This document shows positions 9,752-21,100 of a DNA stretch of 64,000 nt, one piece after another; positions within the stretch are counted from its first letter, which is position 1, and each line of letters begins with the position of its first letter. Position numbers and translations under genes: made by a program. Under the pieces are notes generated by a model, which had not been told where the DNA came from, did no database searches, and saw only the letters and a program-made list of their open reading frames with translations. The stretch is from positions 32,203-96,202 of the forward strand of contig JAZKXT010000006.1 of the NCBI GenBank assembly GCA_045611765.1, in the 5' to 3' direction. Origin of the DNA: Clostridia bacterium (lineage in GTDB: Bacteria > Bacillota > Clostridia > TANB77 > CAG-465).

Positions 9752-10428
9752 AAGATGAAATACTGATGACTAAAAATAAAAAATGCTGTATCTTACCTTT
9801 AAGATATGGTGAACTTATAACAGAATCTAAAGACATAAAGATAACAGATATTAAAAAGTTAGTTAAAGATACTTGCTGTAAAAAAGCATTTTTAAAAGGA
9901 GTGTTTTTGGGCAGTGGTTGTGTTGTAAATCCAAATACAGATTATCATTTTGAAGTTACAACTAAATCTAAAGTATATGCAGACTATGTTATAAAACTTA
10001 TGAGTGAATTTGAGCTTTCTTCTAAGATAATTAAAAGAAATTCTAACTATGTTATATACTTAAAGGATTCCGAACAGATATCTACTTTACTTGCTGTTTT
10101 AGAAGCAAACAAAGCAGTTTTAGAGTACGAAAATATTAGAATAAGCAAAAGTATAACAAATAATATAAATAGAAGTGTAAATTGTGAAACTGCAAATTTA
10201 ACTAAAACAATTGAAGCAGCAGTAAAACAGCAAGAAGCAATAAATAAACTAAAGTCAGAGGACAGGTTTAACGAGCTTAATCCAAGGCTGAAAGAAATCG
10301 CCTCTTTAAGATTAAAATATCCAGAGGCCTCTTTAGATGAACTGGCTGAAAAATGCTCATATAAAATATCTAAATCTGGAGTATATCACAGATTAAATAA
10401 AATTATTAAAATAGCGGAGGAAGAGTAA
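9730..10428 (+). CDS. whiA: WhiA-family DNA-binding protein, unusually short
   Basis: MSFSEQIKDE...KKCC N-terminus and a C-terminal HTH-like tail are typical of WhiA. At 232 aa it is about 80 aa shorter than canonical WhiA. Confidence 0.5.
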   Translation: MSFSEQIKDEILMTKNKKCCILPLRYGELITESKDIKITDIKKLVKDTCCKKAFLKGVFLGSGCVVNPNTDYHFEVTTKSKVYADYVIKLMSEFELSSKIIKRNSNYVIYLKDSEQISTLLAVLEANKAVLEYENIRISKSITNNINRSVNCETANLTKTIEAAVKQQEAINKLKSEDRFNELNPRLKEIASLRLKYPEASLDELAEKCSYKISKSGVYHRLNKIIKIAEEE

Positions 10429-11549
10429 TGCTTGGTGCATATATACATATACCTTTTTGTGCGTCTAAATGCTTTTATTGTGATTTTTATTCGTGTGTAA
10501 ATAAAACAAATATAGAAGAGTATATAGATGCAGTAATAAAAGAAATAATGTCTGAAGCAGAGCTTTTATCTGTTAGGGGATTAAACACAATATATATAGG
10601 TGGCGGAACACCAAGTGTAATAGATTCAAAATATATTGTAAAGATTTTAGATGTACTTAAATTGTTTGTGACAGAGGATGCGGAAATAACAATAGAGGTT
10701 AATCCTGAATCTGTAACGGAACAAAAACTCCAAGATTATTTTGATGCTGGTGTAAATCGTATAAGTATAGGCCTGCAGTCCGCAAATGATACTACGCTTA
10801 AAAAAATTGGAAGAATAGCAACGCTAAAAGACTTTGAGAGAGCATATAACACTGCTATTAAAGTGGGATTTAAAAATATATCTTGCGATGTTATGATAGG
10901 CTTACCAGATGAAACATTAGATATGTTTGAAAACACAGTAGATTATGTTTTGGGTTTAGAACACATTACACATATATCTGCATATAGCTTAGAAATACAC
11001 GAAAATACTAAGCTGGATTTTCTAGTAAATAATAACTTTGTAACGCTTCCTGATGAAAATGTAGAGCGTGAAATGAAATATATACTAGATAAAAAATTAG
11101 AAGAGCATGGTTTTAATAGATATGAGATATCTAATTATGCTAAGCCGGGTTATGAATCAAAACATAATCTTAAATATTGGAATCAAGAACAGTATTTGGG
11201 TTTTGGCGCAGCAGCATCTAGCTTTGTAAATAGTATAAGATACACAAATATATACGATATAGATAAGTATATAGCCAATATACCAAGCGGTACAAGCAAT
11301 AAACAAGATATAGAAGAAATGGATAAGCTAGGCATTATAAAAGAATATATAATTTTAAGATTAAGATTAAAACAAGGAATTAATACTCTTGAGTTTAAAA
11401 CAAAATTTAAGCAAGATATATATGAACTATATAAAGAAAATATAGACAAACTAATAAACGAAGGCTTGCTACAAAGGGTTGGAGACAATCTAGCCTTAAC
11501 ATATAAAGGAGAAGACCTAGCAAATATTGTTTGGCAAGAGTTTATATAG
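10428..11549 (+). CDS. hemW: Radical SAM heme chaperone HemW (HemN-like, oxygen-independent coproporphyrinogen III oxidase-like)
   Basis: AYIHIPFCASKCFYCDF radical-SAM CxxxCxxC near the N-terminus, about 373 aa, HemN C-terminal domain. Confidence 0.85.
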   Translation: MLGAYIHIPFCASKCFYCDFYSCVNKTNIEEYIDAVIKEIMSEAELLSVRGLNTIYIGGGTPSVIDSKYIVKILDVLKLFVTEDAEITIEVNPESVTEQKLQDYFDAGVNRISIGLQSANDTTLKKIGRIATLKDFERAYNTAIKVGFKNISCDVMIGLPDETLDMFENTVDYVLGLEHITHISAYSLEIHENTKLDFLVNNNFVTLPDENVEREMKYILDKKLEEHGFNRYEISNYAKPGYESKHNLKYWNQEQYLGFGAAASSFVNSIRYTNIYDIDKYIANIPSGTSNKQDIEEMDKLGIIKEYIILRLRLKQGINTLEFKTKFKQDIYELYKENIDKLINEGLLQRVGDNLALTYKGEDLANIVWQEFI

Positions 11550-11577
11550 CGTACACACAAAATAAATGGAGGAATAT

Positions 11578-14313
11578 ATGGAACAAAACGAAAACAAATT
11601 CTTAATTATAGATGGAAACAGTATAATGAATAGAGCGTTCTACGGCATAAGAATTTTGACAACAAAAGATGGAACATATACAAACGCAGCATATGGATTT
11701 TTAAATATATACTATATGATGCTAGAAAGACTAAATCCAAATTATGTAGTGGTTACTTTTGATGTTTCCAAACCAACATTCAGACATGAAATGTATGGAG
11801 AGTATAAGGCCGGACGTCGTTCTATGCCAGATGAACTTAGACCACAACTACCTCTTATAAAAGACATACTCTCAGCTATGAACATTCCAATATTAGAATT
11901 GGAAGGATATGAAGCAGATGATATTTTAGGAACTGTTGCAAAAAACAATTCTAAACAAGGTATAAAAACATATATACTAACAGGAGATAGAGACTCATTC
12001 CAACTTATAGACGAAAATACAAGCATTGTTATGCCATCTACTAAAATGGGTAAAACAGAATATACCATATATGATATACCAAAACTTAAAGAGGTATATA
12101 ATATAACTCCTAAACAAGTAATAGACATGAAAGCTCTTATGGGAGATAAATCAGATAATATTCCGGGCGTACCTATGGTTGGAGAAAAGACGGCAGTAGG
12201 ATTATTAGAATCATATAACAATTTGGATTATATATATTCGAATGTAGATACAATAGATGTAAGCGAAAAACTCAGAGAACGTTTAAAAGAAAATAAAGAT
12301 ATGGCATATTTGAGTTATAAGCTTGCTACTATAAATACAGACGTACCTGTTAATATGGATTATGACGAGTTTAAATTAAAAGACGTAAATCTTCCTAAAC
12401 TTAGTCAATTATTTACACGACTAGCTTTTAAGAAGTTCTTAGAAAGATATGTATCCGGAGAGGATATTAAAAATATCGAAACTGATTCGGCGGCTAAATT
12501 TTATAAAGACCTTTCTAAAACAGAATTCAAAATATTAACTACGCTCGATGAAGTAGAGAGTGCTATTGCAAATAGCAATGCAGAAATCGTGTTTACATAT
12601 ATAGATAATGATTTTTCATATGATAAATTAAGAAATAAAATGCTATTGTATATTCGTAATAGTATATATGTTATAGATATGCCTCAAGAGAATTTAAAAG
12701 ACGCTTTAAAAACTTTTTGCGAAGAGGACAGAGTAAAGATTGGGTATAACACTAAAAAGGTTTTAAAACTGTATTTTGATGCGGGGTATAGAAATCCTAT
12801 AGGGTTTAATCAAGATGTAATGATAGCATATTATTTGTTACACGCAACAGAAACAAATTACTCTATTACAAATATAGTATATAACTTATTAGATGTAGCA
12901 TTTCCGGAATTAGAGGATAGCTCAAAGAAAAAAACTATTCAAACTTCTCTTTTTGATATGTTAGATGCTCCAAGTGGAGCATCGGTAGAAAAACTAGAAT
13001 TAACAGATGTAGACAAAAAGTATATATATACATATTTAAAAGGGATTAAAGAGGCAAGGTATATTTTAAATGAAAAACTTAAGGAATTTAATCTAGATGA
13101 ATTATATAATAATATAGAAATACCACTTATTGAAACGCTTGCAAATATTGAAAGCAATGGTATGTATCTTGATACAAATAAATTAAAAGAGTTTTGTGTA
13201 TATTTAGATGAGCATATAACAGAGCTTACAAGTAAAATATATAAACTAGCAGGAGAAGAATTTAATATAAATTCACCTGCACAACTCGGGCATATTTTAT
13301 TTGAAAAATTAGATTTACCTTGTTCTAAGAAAACTAAAACAAGTTATTCTACGGATAAAGAGGTACTAGAAGCTATAGAGGATAAACACGAAATAGTACC
13401 ACTAGTGCTAGAGTATAGGTCGCTCGCCAAACTTGCATCAACTTATGGTGAAGGACTTCTTAGTTCGGTAGGAGAAGATGGAAGAATACATACAACATTT
13501 ATGCAGGCTGTAACAGCTACCGGAAGACTTAGCAGTGTAGAACCAAATCTTCAAAACATACCTGTAAGAACAGAAATAGGAAGCAGAATAAGAGAATGTT
13601 TTACAACACCTAATGAAAACACAAAACTAGTAGACGCAGACTATAGCCAAATTGAGCTTAGAGTTTTAGCAAGTATAGCAGATGACCATAATATGATAAA
13701 CGCATTTCTAAGTAATACAGACATACATTCCGTTACAGCTTCAGAAGTGTTTAATGTACCGTTAGAAAACGTTAGTAAAGATATTCGTGCTAAAGCAAAA
13801 GCAGTAAACTTTGGCATTGTGTATGGAATAAGTGATTTTGGTTTAGCTAAAAATATAAATTCTACGAGAGCTGAAGCTAAAGAATATATTACAAATTATT
13901 TAAATCACTATACTGGTATAGCAAACTTTATGACAGATTCTGTGAAATTTGGTGAGGCAAATGGATACGTTAAAACACTGTTTGGAAGAATTAGAAATGT
14001 GCCAGAATTAAAATCTTCAAACTATAATACTAAAAACTTTGGTGAAAGAGTTGCCATGAACATGCCAATTCAAGGTACTGCTGCAGATATAATGAAAATA
14101 GCTATGAATAATTTATATATGAAGTTTAAAGAGAATAATCTTAAATCTAAAATAGTAATGCAAGTTCATGACGAGCTTATTGTAGAAGCGACTTTAGATG
14201 AGCTAGAACAAGTTAAAGAATATATGAAATATGCAATGGAAAATGCAGCTAAATTAAAAATGCCGCTGGCCATAGATATAAACGTTGGAAATAGCTGGGT
14301 AGAGGCAAAATAG
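11578..14313 (+). CDS. polA: DNA polymerase I
   Basis: 5'-3' exonuclease N-terminus (LIIDGNSIMNRAFYG), Pol A motifs (RRSAKAVNFGIVYG-like, QVHDEL). Likely start is the ATG at 11578, 5 nt after GGAGG. The ORF track used the upstream ATG at 11566. Confidence 0.9.
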   Translation: MEQNENKFLIIDGNSIMNRAFYGIRILTTKDGTYTNAAYGFLNIYYMMLERLNPNYVVVTFDVSKPTFRHEMYGEYKAGRRSMPDELRPQLPLIKDILSAMNIPILELEGYEADDILGTVAKNNSKQGIKTYILTGDRDSFQLIDENTSIVMPSTKMGKTEYTIYDIPKLKEVYNITPKQVIDMKALMGDKSDNIPGVPMVGEKTAVGLLESYNNLDYIYSNVDTIDVSEKLRERLKENKDMAYLSYKLATINTDVPVNMDYDEFKLKDVNLPKLSQLFTRLAFKKFLERYVSGEDIKNIETDSAAKFYKDLSKTEFKILTTLDEVESAIANSNAEIVFTYIDNDFSYDKLRNKMLLYIRNSIYVIDMPQENLKDALKTFCEEDRVKIGYNTKKVLKLYFDAGYRNPIGFNQDVMIAYYLLHATETNYSITNIVYNLLDVAFPELEDSSKKKTIQTSLFDMLDAPSGASVEKLELTDVDKKYIYTYLKGIKEARYILNEKLKEFNLDELYNNIEIPLIETLANIESNGMYLDTNKLKEFCVYLDEHITELTSKIYKLAGEEFNINSPAQLGHILFEKLDLPCSKKTKTSYSTDKEVLEAIEDKHEIVPLVLEYRSLAKLASTYGEGLLSSVGEDGRIHTTFMQAVTATGRLSSVEPNLQNIPVRTEIGSRIRECFTTPNENTKLVDADYSQIELRVLASIADDHNMINAFLSNTDIHSVTASEVFNVPLENVSKDIRAKAKAVNFGIVYGISDFGLAKNINSTRAEAKEYITNYLNHYTGIANFMTDSVKFGEANGYVKTLFGRIRNVPELKSSNYNTKNFGERVAMNMPIQGTAADIMKIAMNNLYMKFKENNLKSKIVMQVHDELIVEATLDELEQVKEYMKYAMENAAKLKMPLAIDINVGNSWVEAK

Positions 14314-14324
14314 GAGAGAGGGCA

Positions 14325-14879
14325 TTGAAACAAATACTAAAAAAATTATTACAAATAATACTAGTTGTTATCTCTATTTGTATTGTTGTTTTATGGATAT
14401 ATAGGAATATTGTATATCCTAGAAAATACAAAGATATAGTTGAACAAGCCTCTAGCATATACAATGTAGACCCCAATTTGGTATATGCAATTATTAGACA
14501 AGAAAGCAAATTTAACAGTAATGCAACTTCACATAGTGAAGCAAAAGGTTTAATGCAACTTATGGATGCTACAGCTTATGATATGGCAAGAAAAATAGAT
14601 AGTATAGATGAGAAGGAGTATGACATATATGACCCTCGCACTAATATATTTTTAGGAACAAAATATATATCCTATTTAATAAATCATTTTGATGGTAATT
14701 ATTATTTAGCTATTGTAGCATATAACGCAGGAATGGGAAATACAAAAGCATGGTTAGACAAAGATTACAAAGACTATGAAACGTTTTTTGATGTATATGA
14801 ATGTGTAGAGTATTCTGAAACTAGAAACTATTTTAACAATGTAATCAAAAATTATAATTATTATACAATGTTATATTGA
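14325..14879 (+). CDS. Lytic transglycosylase (SLT domain), membrane-anchored
   Basis: AIIRQESKFNSNATSHSEAKGLMQLM with catalytic ES...GLMQ motif, N-terminal TM, TTG start. Confidence 0.75.
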   Translation: MKQILKKLLQIILVVISICIVVLWIYRNIVYPRKYKDIVEQASSIYNVDPNLVYAIIRQESKFNSNATSHSEAKGLMQLMDATAYDMARKIDSIDEKEYDIYDPRTNIFLGTKYISYLINHFDGNYYLAIVAYNAGMGNTKAWLDKDYKDYETFFDVYECVEYSETRNYFNNVIKNYNYYTMLY

Positions 14880-14893
14880 TGTCAGTATATATA

Positions 14894-14931
14894 AAAACAG
14901 ATTAGGTAGTTAATTTACCTAATCTGTTTTG
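14894..14931. terminator. Bidirectional rho-independent terminator at the left edge of the island
   Basis: Perfect 14-bp inverted repeat AAACAGATTAGGTA...TACCTAATCTGTTT with T/A runs on both sides. Confidence 0.75.
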
Positions 14932-14934
14932 CTT

Positions 14935-15537
14935 TTAGCCTGATGGTTCTGAGTATGCAATAAATCTTGTGATTTCACAAGTAAACTTATTAATTTGCAT
15001 CCTAGCAAGCATTAATACACCAGGAACACATCCATTATTACGGTCGATGTTCACAATTTCCTCATATGAGAGATTTTCTGTATCTTCGTTCATCGCATGA
15101 TATTTGAATTGCCAAAAATTATCTTCGATTTTTATAGCACATCTCTCGTTTAAGAACTCATCTAAAATTTCCTTTTGAGATTTCTTGTAACTGATTTGCG
15201 GCTTGTAATACTCATAATATTCTTGTTTAGGTACAACACCTTGAAGCATAGAATCAAAAACATATTCTTTGTCTTCAAACACAAATTCCACCCAACCATG
15301 TCTATATCCGCCATTTCGCCAAATCCATTCATCCTTTAAGGTGATTTCACCTCTTACAAGAAAGTCTTGAGGCTTAAGCCCCATAAGTGCATATCCACTA
15401 TAATAATAACAATTGTCGCGGTATCTATGTGAAAGATACTCTTCAAATGATTCAATTTTTGCACGACGTTCTACATAAACAATTTTAGTTCTTTGCAGAA
15501 AATATTGCCAAGCTCTGTGTACAACATTGTTATTCAT
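14935..15537 (-). CDS. Hypothetical protein (W/Y/C-rich), divergently transcribed first gene of the island
   Basis: 200-aa ORF, no family recognised, composition unlike neighbouring housekeeping genes. Confidence 0.4.
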   Translation of the reverse strand: MNNNVVHRAWQYFLQRTKIVYVERRAKIESFEEYLSHRYRDNCYYYSGYALMGLKPQDFLVRGEITLKDEWIWRNGGYRHGWVEFVFEDKEYVFDSMLQGVVPKQEYYEYYKPQISYKKSQKEILDEFLNERCAIKIEDNFWQFKYHAMNEDTENLSYEEIVNIDRNNGCVPGVLMLARMQINKFTCEITRFIAYSEPSG

Positions 15538-15726
15538 GCCGACATCTCCTTTATTGTATTAACAATTAATATTTAAACAAATCGCAAAATAATTATATCA
15601 CAGACAACGGAGTGTTGCAATGCAAAGCCTTGTAAATTGACATAATGTATGATATAATAATTACGCAATTTATATAAAGTAGAAGTAATTATCTTTTACA
15701 AGAACACTTTGTTGGAGGGAAATATT

Positions 15727-16479
15727 ATGAAATTAACTGTACTTGGAACTGTTTCACCTTATCTTCGCTTTGACCATAACGGACCGGGATTTCTTATTGA
15801 AGATGACAGCCATAGAGTTTTACTTGACTGCGGCAGTGGCATCACAAGACATTTAACAATGCCGTGGCATTTAGACAATCTTCATGTATTTATTAGCCAT
15901 TTTCATCGAGACCATTACAACGAAATATACAATATTCAGTATGCATCTTATGTTTATAACAAACGGGGTGAATTGACAACTCCTATAGACATCCATTTGC
16001 CTACTGTTACAATGAGTCGTTTTGAAGACATTGTATCAGAAGAGTATGCTTTCGCTAATTACCACATAATTATTGACGAATATGAAGGCGTTCAAGTAGG
16101 GAACCTTAAGGTTACGTTTTGCTTGACGGGACACACCGTAGAGTCTTATGCTTTTAAAGTATCAGACGGTAAACACACAATAGTATATACTTCGGACATA
16201 TCATATTCTGTAAAAGATATTATTGTGAGTTTTGCTAAAGATGCAGATGTGCTTATTTGTGATTCTAGCCTTTTAGAAATTTATGGATTACCTGAAATCA
16301 CTTCGCATATTACAGCAAAACAAGCAGCAACTATTGCCAAGGAAGCCAATGTTAAACAATTGCTTCTTACACATTTTTGGCCTCAAGAACTATTCGGAAA
16401 CTATTTGACAGAAGCAAAACAAGTCTTTTACAATGTTAATCTGGCTACAGAGCAAATGGTTATTGATTTTAATGATTGA
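15727..16479 (+). CDS. MBL-fold metallo-hydrolase (RNase Z / beta-lactamase-like)
   Basis: HFHRDH (HxHxDH) motif, VLLDCGSG. ATG at 15727 is preceded by GGAGGG. Locally higher GC, around 40%. Confidence 0.7.
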   Translation: MKLTVLGTVSPYLRFDHNGPGFLIEDDSHRVLLDCGSGITRHLTMPWHLDNLHVFISHFHRDHYNEIYNIQYASYVYNKRGELTTPIDIHLPTVTMSRFEDIVSEEYAFANYHIIIDEYEGVQVGNLKVTFCLTGHTVESYAFKVSDGKHTIVYTSDISYSVKDIIVSFAKDADVLICDSSLLEIYGLPEITSHITAKQAATIAKEANVKQLLLTHFWPQELFGNYLTEAKQVFYNVNLATEQMVIDFND

Positions 16480-16514
16480 TATTTTATCGTGGATAAGAAA
16501 TGGGGGACGCATTA

Positions 16515-16724
16515 ATGTGCGACTGTTGCAACGGTGTAGGTCAAAAGTTTGAAGCGCGTGGTATGAATTGTAAAATTGTTATTCGGCAAAACATTATGTC
16601 TGTGTATTTGCCAAATAACGCAACGGATTTAAGAGTTACTTTTTGCCCTTTATGTGGCAGAAAACTTAATGTAGTAGAACGAAGGCTAGAAAACAATATT
16701 AATAACAAAGATATTAAGGAGTGA
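16515..16724 (+). CDS. Small zinc-ribbon protein
   Basis: CDCC...C and CPLCG pairs. 69-74 aa depending on start choice. Confidence 0.45.
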   Translation: MCDCCNGVGQKFEARGMNCKIVIRQNIMSVYLPNNATDLRVTFCPLCGRKLNVVERRLENNINNKDIKE

Positions 16725-16728
16725 TACT

Positions 16729-17244
16729 ATGAAATTAGATCTCAAATATAAAAGATTAGAAGAGATTGTCTCTGTTTTTATGTCCGAAGAAGATGTGACT
16801 GTGGATTTATTAAAACTTGCTCGGGAGCTAGGTATATCTGTAATTGAAAAGGCGTTTCAACCTGCAATAATTGAGAACGAAGAAGTTCTATGTGCATTTG
16901 TCACTAATAAAAGCGGGAACTCTTGTATTTTCTATAGCTCTAAATTTTTAGAGGATAAAGACTTTATTGCAGGTCGTTTAGCTATTGTCAGTACGTTTGT
17001 AAAACATATAGTAACAGGTGAAAACAGTTTCGTTACTACAAACCGAACAACTTTCTCGCCTAAAGAGCAACAGCTAATTTATGAATTACTTATGCCTGAA
17101 AAGCAAGTTAGAGTAATGTGTAACAAACTTTTGCTCCCAACGACTTATGCATTAGCTAACATTTTTAGCGTTTCACAAGAATTCGTAAGAGCTCGGTTAG
17201 ATGCTATGGGAATGAACAAGAACATAGCGGGATACAATTATTAA
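16729..17244 (+). CDS. ImmA/IrrE-family (COG2856-like) protein with a degenerate metallopeptidase motif
   Basis: Layout LLKLARELGISVIE ... RLAIVSTFVKHIV ... ELLMPEKQ ... FSVSQEFVRARL parallels ImmA/IrrE, but HEXXH is replaced by STFVKH. Good RBS AAGGAG. Confidence 0.4.
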   Translation: MKLDLKYKRLEEIVSVFMSEEDVTVDLLKLARELGISVIEKAFQPAIIENEEVLCAFVTNKSGNSCIFYSSKFLEDKDFIAGRLAIVSTFVKHIVTGENSFVTTNRTTFSPKEQQLIYELLMPEKQVRVMCNKLLLPTTYALANIFSVSQEFVRARLDAMGMNKNIAGYNY

Positions 17245-17261
17245 TCTTAAAGGAGAGCCAA

Positions 17262-17900
17262 ATGCAGTTATTTTGTATTAGAGATTGGAACAATAAGAAG
17301 CATTACTTCACAGCACGAGGACTATACAAAAGGATTATGCGAGATAGCCGTTCTAATTATAATTGGATTGCATCAGCAACGGAACTTGTAAAAGTATGTG
17401 AACGCTCAGATTTTCCTAAGAAATATGCTTTAGAAATAGAGCTTGCTATTCTAAATTGCTTTGCAAATTTGGAAACAAAAAGACATCTCGATTCCATGCA
17501 AGACTCCCATGACGCTGATTCAGTAGACTATTGCTATAGAGCAATTAGTATTGCAAACGACCCCAAAGACCCTCGAATTATTGCTGTTAAGCAAAAGTAT
17601 TTAAAAGCTATAATAGCGGGAGTAGTACAGTATAAACATCCAATAGGGAACTCATTCAGAAATGTACCAAATTACGGACCTGCTTATCGCAAAATATGTG
17701 AAGAATGGCAGAAACAACGTTTGGAAGAGTACCAAGACGTATATTTAGCTAGTTCTGCAATATTACGCATAGCTCTGTCAGAAGATTTTGAACAGACAAT
17801 AAAAGCTGCTGAAGAAAAAGGTATTTTCGAAAAAGAGCAAAACGACAGACTTAACCGGATTATTTCATACGATTGGATACCACCAGATCATATTCTATGA
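17262..17900 (+). CDS. Hypothetical protein, last gene of the island
   Basis: 212-aa ORF with RBS AAAGGAG, no family recognised. Confidence 0.4.
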   Translation: MQLFCIRDWNNKKHYFTARGLYKRIMRDSRSNYNWIASATELVKVCERSDFPKKYALEIELAILNCFANLETKRHLDSMQDSHDADSVDYCYRAISIANDPKDPRIIAVKQKYLKAIIAGVVQYKHPIGNSFRNVPNYGPAYRKICEEWQKQRLEEYQDVYLASSAILRIALSEDFEQTIKAAEEKGIFEKEQNDRLNRIISYDWIPPDHIL

Positions 17901-17914
17901 ATTTCAGCAATATA

Positions 17915-17951
17915 TAAACACACCTTAAACTATTTGTTTGAGGTGTGTTTA
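17915..17951 (+). terminator. Rho-independent terminator at the right edge of the island
   Basis: 11-bp stem TAAACACACCT/AGGTGTGTTTA. Confidence 0.65.
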
Positions 17952-18140
17952 TATACATTGTTAATGTTTAGTATATTACTATAATACTTCCATATAATAG
18001 ATATAGAAGTTTCCATATATTACTAATTACTTATTATAAATAATGTGTGAAATTAAGTTCAAACGTTGCTATTACTATTTTTTTATAGTAAAATTATATA
18101 GTTAAAATTAGTATGTGTAATTTGATTTTGTGGAGGGAAT

Positions 18141-21100
18141 ATGCTACAAATAAAAAATATATCTAAAAAATATAAAACAGGGGAGTTAGTACAAATTGCA
18201 TTAAATGACGTAAGCTTAAACTTTAGAGACAACGAATTTGTATCTATTTTAGGACCAAGTGGTAGTGGTAAAACTACGTTGCTTAATATAGTAGGTGGGT
18301 TAGATAGATATGACACAGGTGATTTAATAATAAACAATGTATCTACTAAAGACTATAAAGATAGAGACTGGGATTCATATAGAAACCACACTGTTGGTTT
18401 TGTGTTCCAAAGCTATAACTTGATACCTCATCAAACGATACTGGCAAACGTTGAACTGGCTTTAACTATTGGTGGTATTTCTAAGGGAGAAAGAAAGAGA
18501 AGGGCATTAGAAGCATTGGACAAAGTTGGGTTAAAAGACCAAGCACACAAAAGGCCAAACCAAATGTCTGGTGGACAAATGCAAAGAGTTGCTATCGCGA
18601 GAGCCTTGGTCAATAATCCAGACATACTTCTCGCTGACGAACCAACGGGAGCTTTAGATACAGAAACAAGCGTACAGGTTATGGAACTTCTAAAAGAAGT
18701 AGCAAACGATAGACTTGTTATAATGGTAACTCACAACCCAGAACTTGCAGAAACATATTCTACAAGAATAGTTAAATTAAGGGATGGAAAGGTAATTGAT
18801 GATTCGAATCCATGTTTCATAGAAGACAAAAAGAAGGAGAAACCTAAATACAAAAACCTAGGTAAGGCTTCAATGTCAATAATGACAGCGTTATCTTTAA
18901 GCTTTAACAATTTACTTACTAAAAAGGGAAGAACAATACTTACAGCATTTGCGGGCTCAATAGGTATAATTGGCATAGCTCTTATTCTGGCTTTATCTAC
19001 TGGCTTTCAAAATTATATAGACAAGATACAAGAAGATACCTTGACATCATATCCGTTAACAATAACGTCCGAAACTGCTGATGCAACATCAATGATTTTA
19101 TCTATGGTGCCGGGTGAAAGTGAACCAAGAAACGATGACATTGTAAAAGAGAACAAAAACTTCACTAATATGTTTTCAAAAATAGGAGAAAATGACCTTA
19201 AATCTCTCAAATACTTTTTACAAGATAATAAGAAAAAAGTAGATAGTATGGTGGCGTTAACTCAATATAGATATAATGTGAGCCCACTCATATATACTAA
19301 AGATGTAAAAGGGAACATAACAAAATTGAATCCAAGTGAAATTCTTGCATCTATGTACGGAGGAGATTCAATATTATCCATGGCTAGCGGCACAGTATCT
19401 GTATTTACTGAAATGATAGATAACGATGCTATGGCTAAAAGCTCATACCAAATGTTAAAAGGAAATTGGCCACAAAATTATGATGAAGTATTATTGGTAC
19501 TTCCAGCAGAAAATGAAATTTCAGACTTGTTGTTATTTAGCTTAGGATTAAAAGATATAAAAGAACTAGAGAAAATGTTAACCAATATAACGCAAGGCGA
19601 AGGAACTGAAGATAACACAGCACCTCTCGAACTTACATATGATGAACTTATGAACATAGAACTTAAACTTATACATGCTTCTGATACCTACAAATATAAT
19701 AGTAAATATAAAGTATATGAGGATATGGCAACAGATAAGAAGTTTATGGAAAACCTATATAATAATTCTCTAAAATTAAAAATAGTTGGAATTGCAGCTC
19801 CAAAAGACAGTTCAAATTCTTCCAACCTAATGTCGGGAGTATTATATAAAAAAGAACTCACAGAGTATGTAATAAATACGGCAGCTGAATCTGAAATAGT
19901 AAAAAAACAACTAGAAAATAAAAATATAAATGTATTTAGTAATAAATACTTCGATGACGAACAAGATAACACAGGCCTCAACTTCGAGGATATGATATCT
20001 ATAGATACAAATATGTTATCTTCAGCCTTCGGTGTAAAAATTGATGAGAAGGATATAGCAAATATGACAGAGGGCTATATGAGCGAAATATCTAAAGCCA
20101 TTACAACAGATACATCCAAAGCAGAAAAAGCGTTTATAGATACTTTAGCTTCCATTACAAAAGGTTTACTAAATAACTATATAGATAGTAGTGAGGTTGT
20201 AGGCTTTGCTACAATTAAACTAAGTCAGGTAGACAGCGTGGTAAACAAGTATATGCAATCAGAAGCAGTGATAGCTTTACTGACTGAGTTAGAAAAAGAA
20301 TATGTTATACCAAAAGATACATTTACTACAATGTACTCTGAAATTATTAAAGGCTTCTTTAAGCAGTATATATCTATGATGGATTCTACTTCTGAAGATC
20401 CAAGCGCTATGCTTGTAAAAAGTGCTGTCGATACGATAGTTGCAGCGTTTACATCACAGGAAATGATTTTGACTACTGCCAAAACCATGGGCGGCAAAAT
20501 GGTAGAAGCCTCTATGAATAAAACGATTCTAACAACAGTAGGGGAGCTAAGCGGGAAATTAATGTCAACTATGGCATCCGCATTTAATGTTGACGAAAGT
20601 AAAATTGCAAAAGCATTTAAATTTAATTTAGATGAAGATGAACTAAAAAGATTATTCCAAGCTATGACAAATACAACTACAAAGAGTTCTGAGACCAATT
20701 TAACTTCTCTTGGTTACCAAAATTTAGATGAACCAACCGCAACATCTTTTTATTTTAAAGACTTTGCATCAAAAGAAAACTTTATATCTTTTTTAGACGA
20801 GTATAATAATCAAATGGAAAAAGAAGACGATGAAAAAGTTATAAAATATACAGACATAACTGGAATATTAATGTCATCTGTGAAAGTAATAGTAGATAGT
20901 GTAAGCTACGTCCTTATAGCATTTGTAAGTATATCTTTAATAGTATCATCAATTATGATAGGTATAATTACATACATTTCTGTACTTGAGCGTACTAAAG
21001 AAATTGGCGTATTAAGAGCTATAGGAGCATCGAAGAAAAACATTTCATCTATATTTAACGCAGAGACATTTATAGTTGGACTATTTGCAGGACTTCTTGG

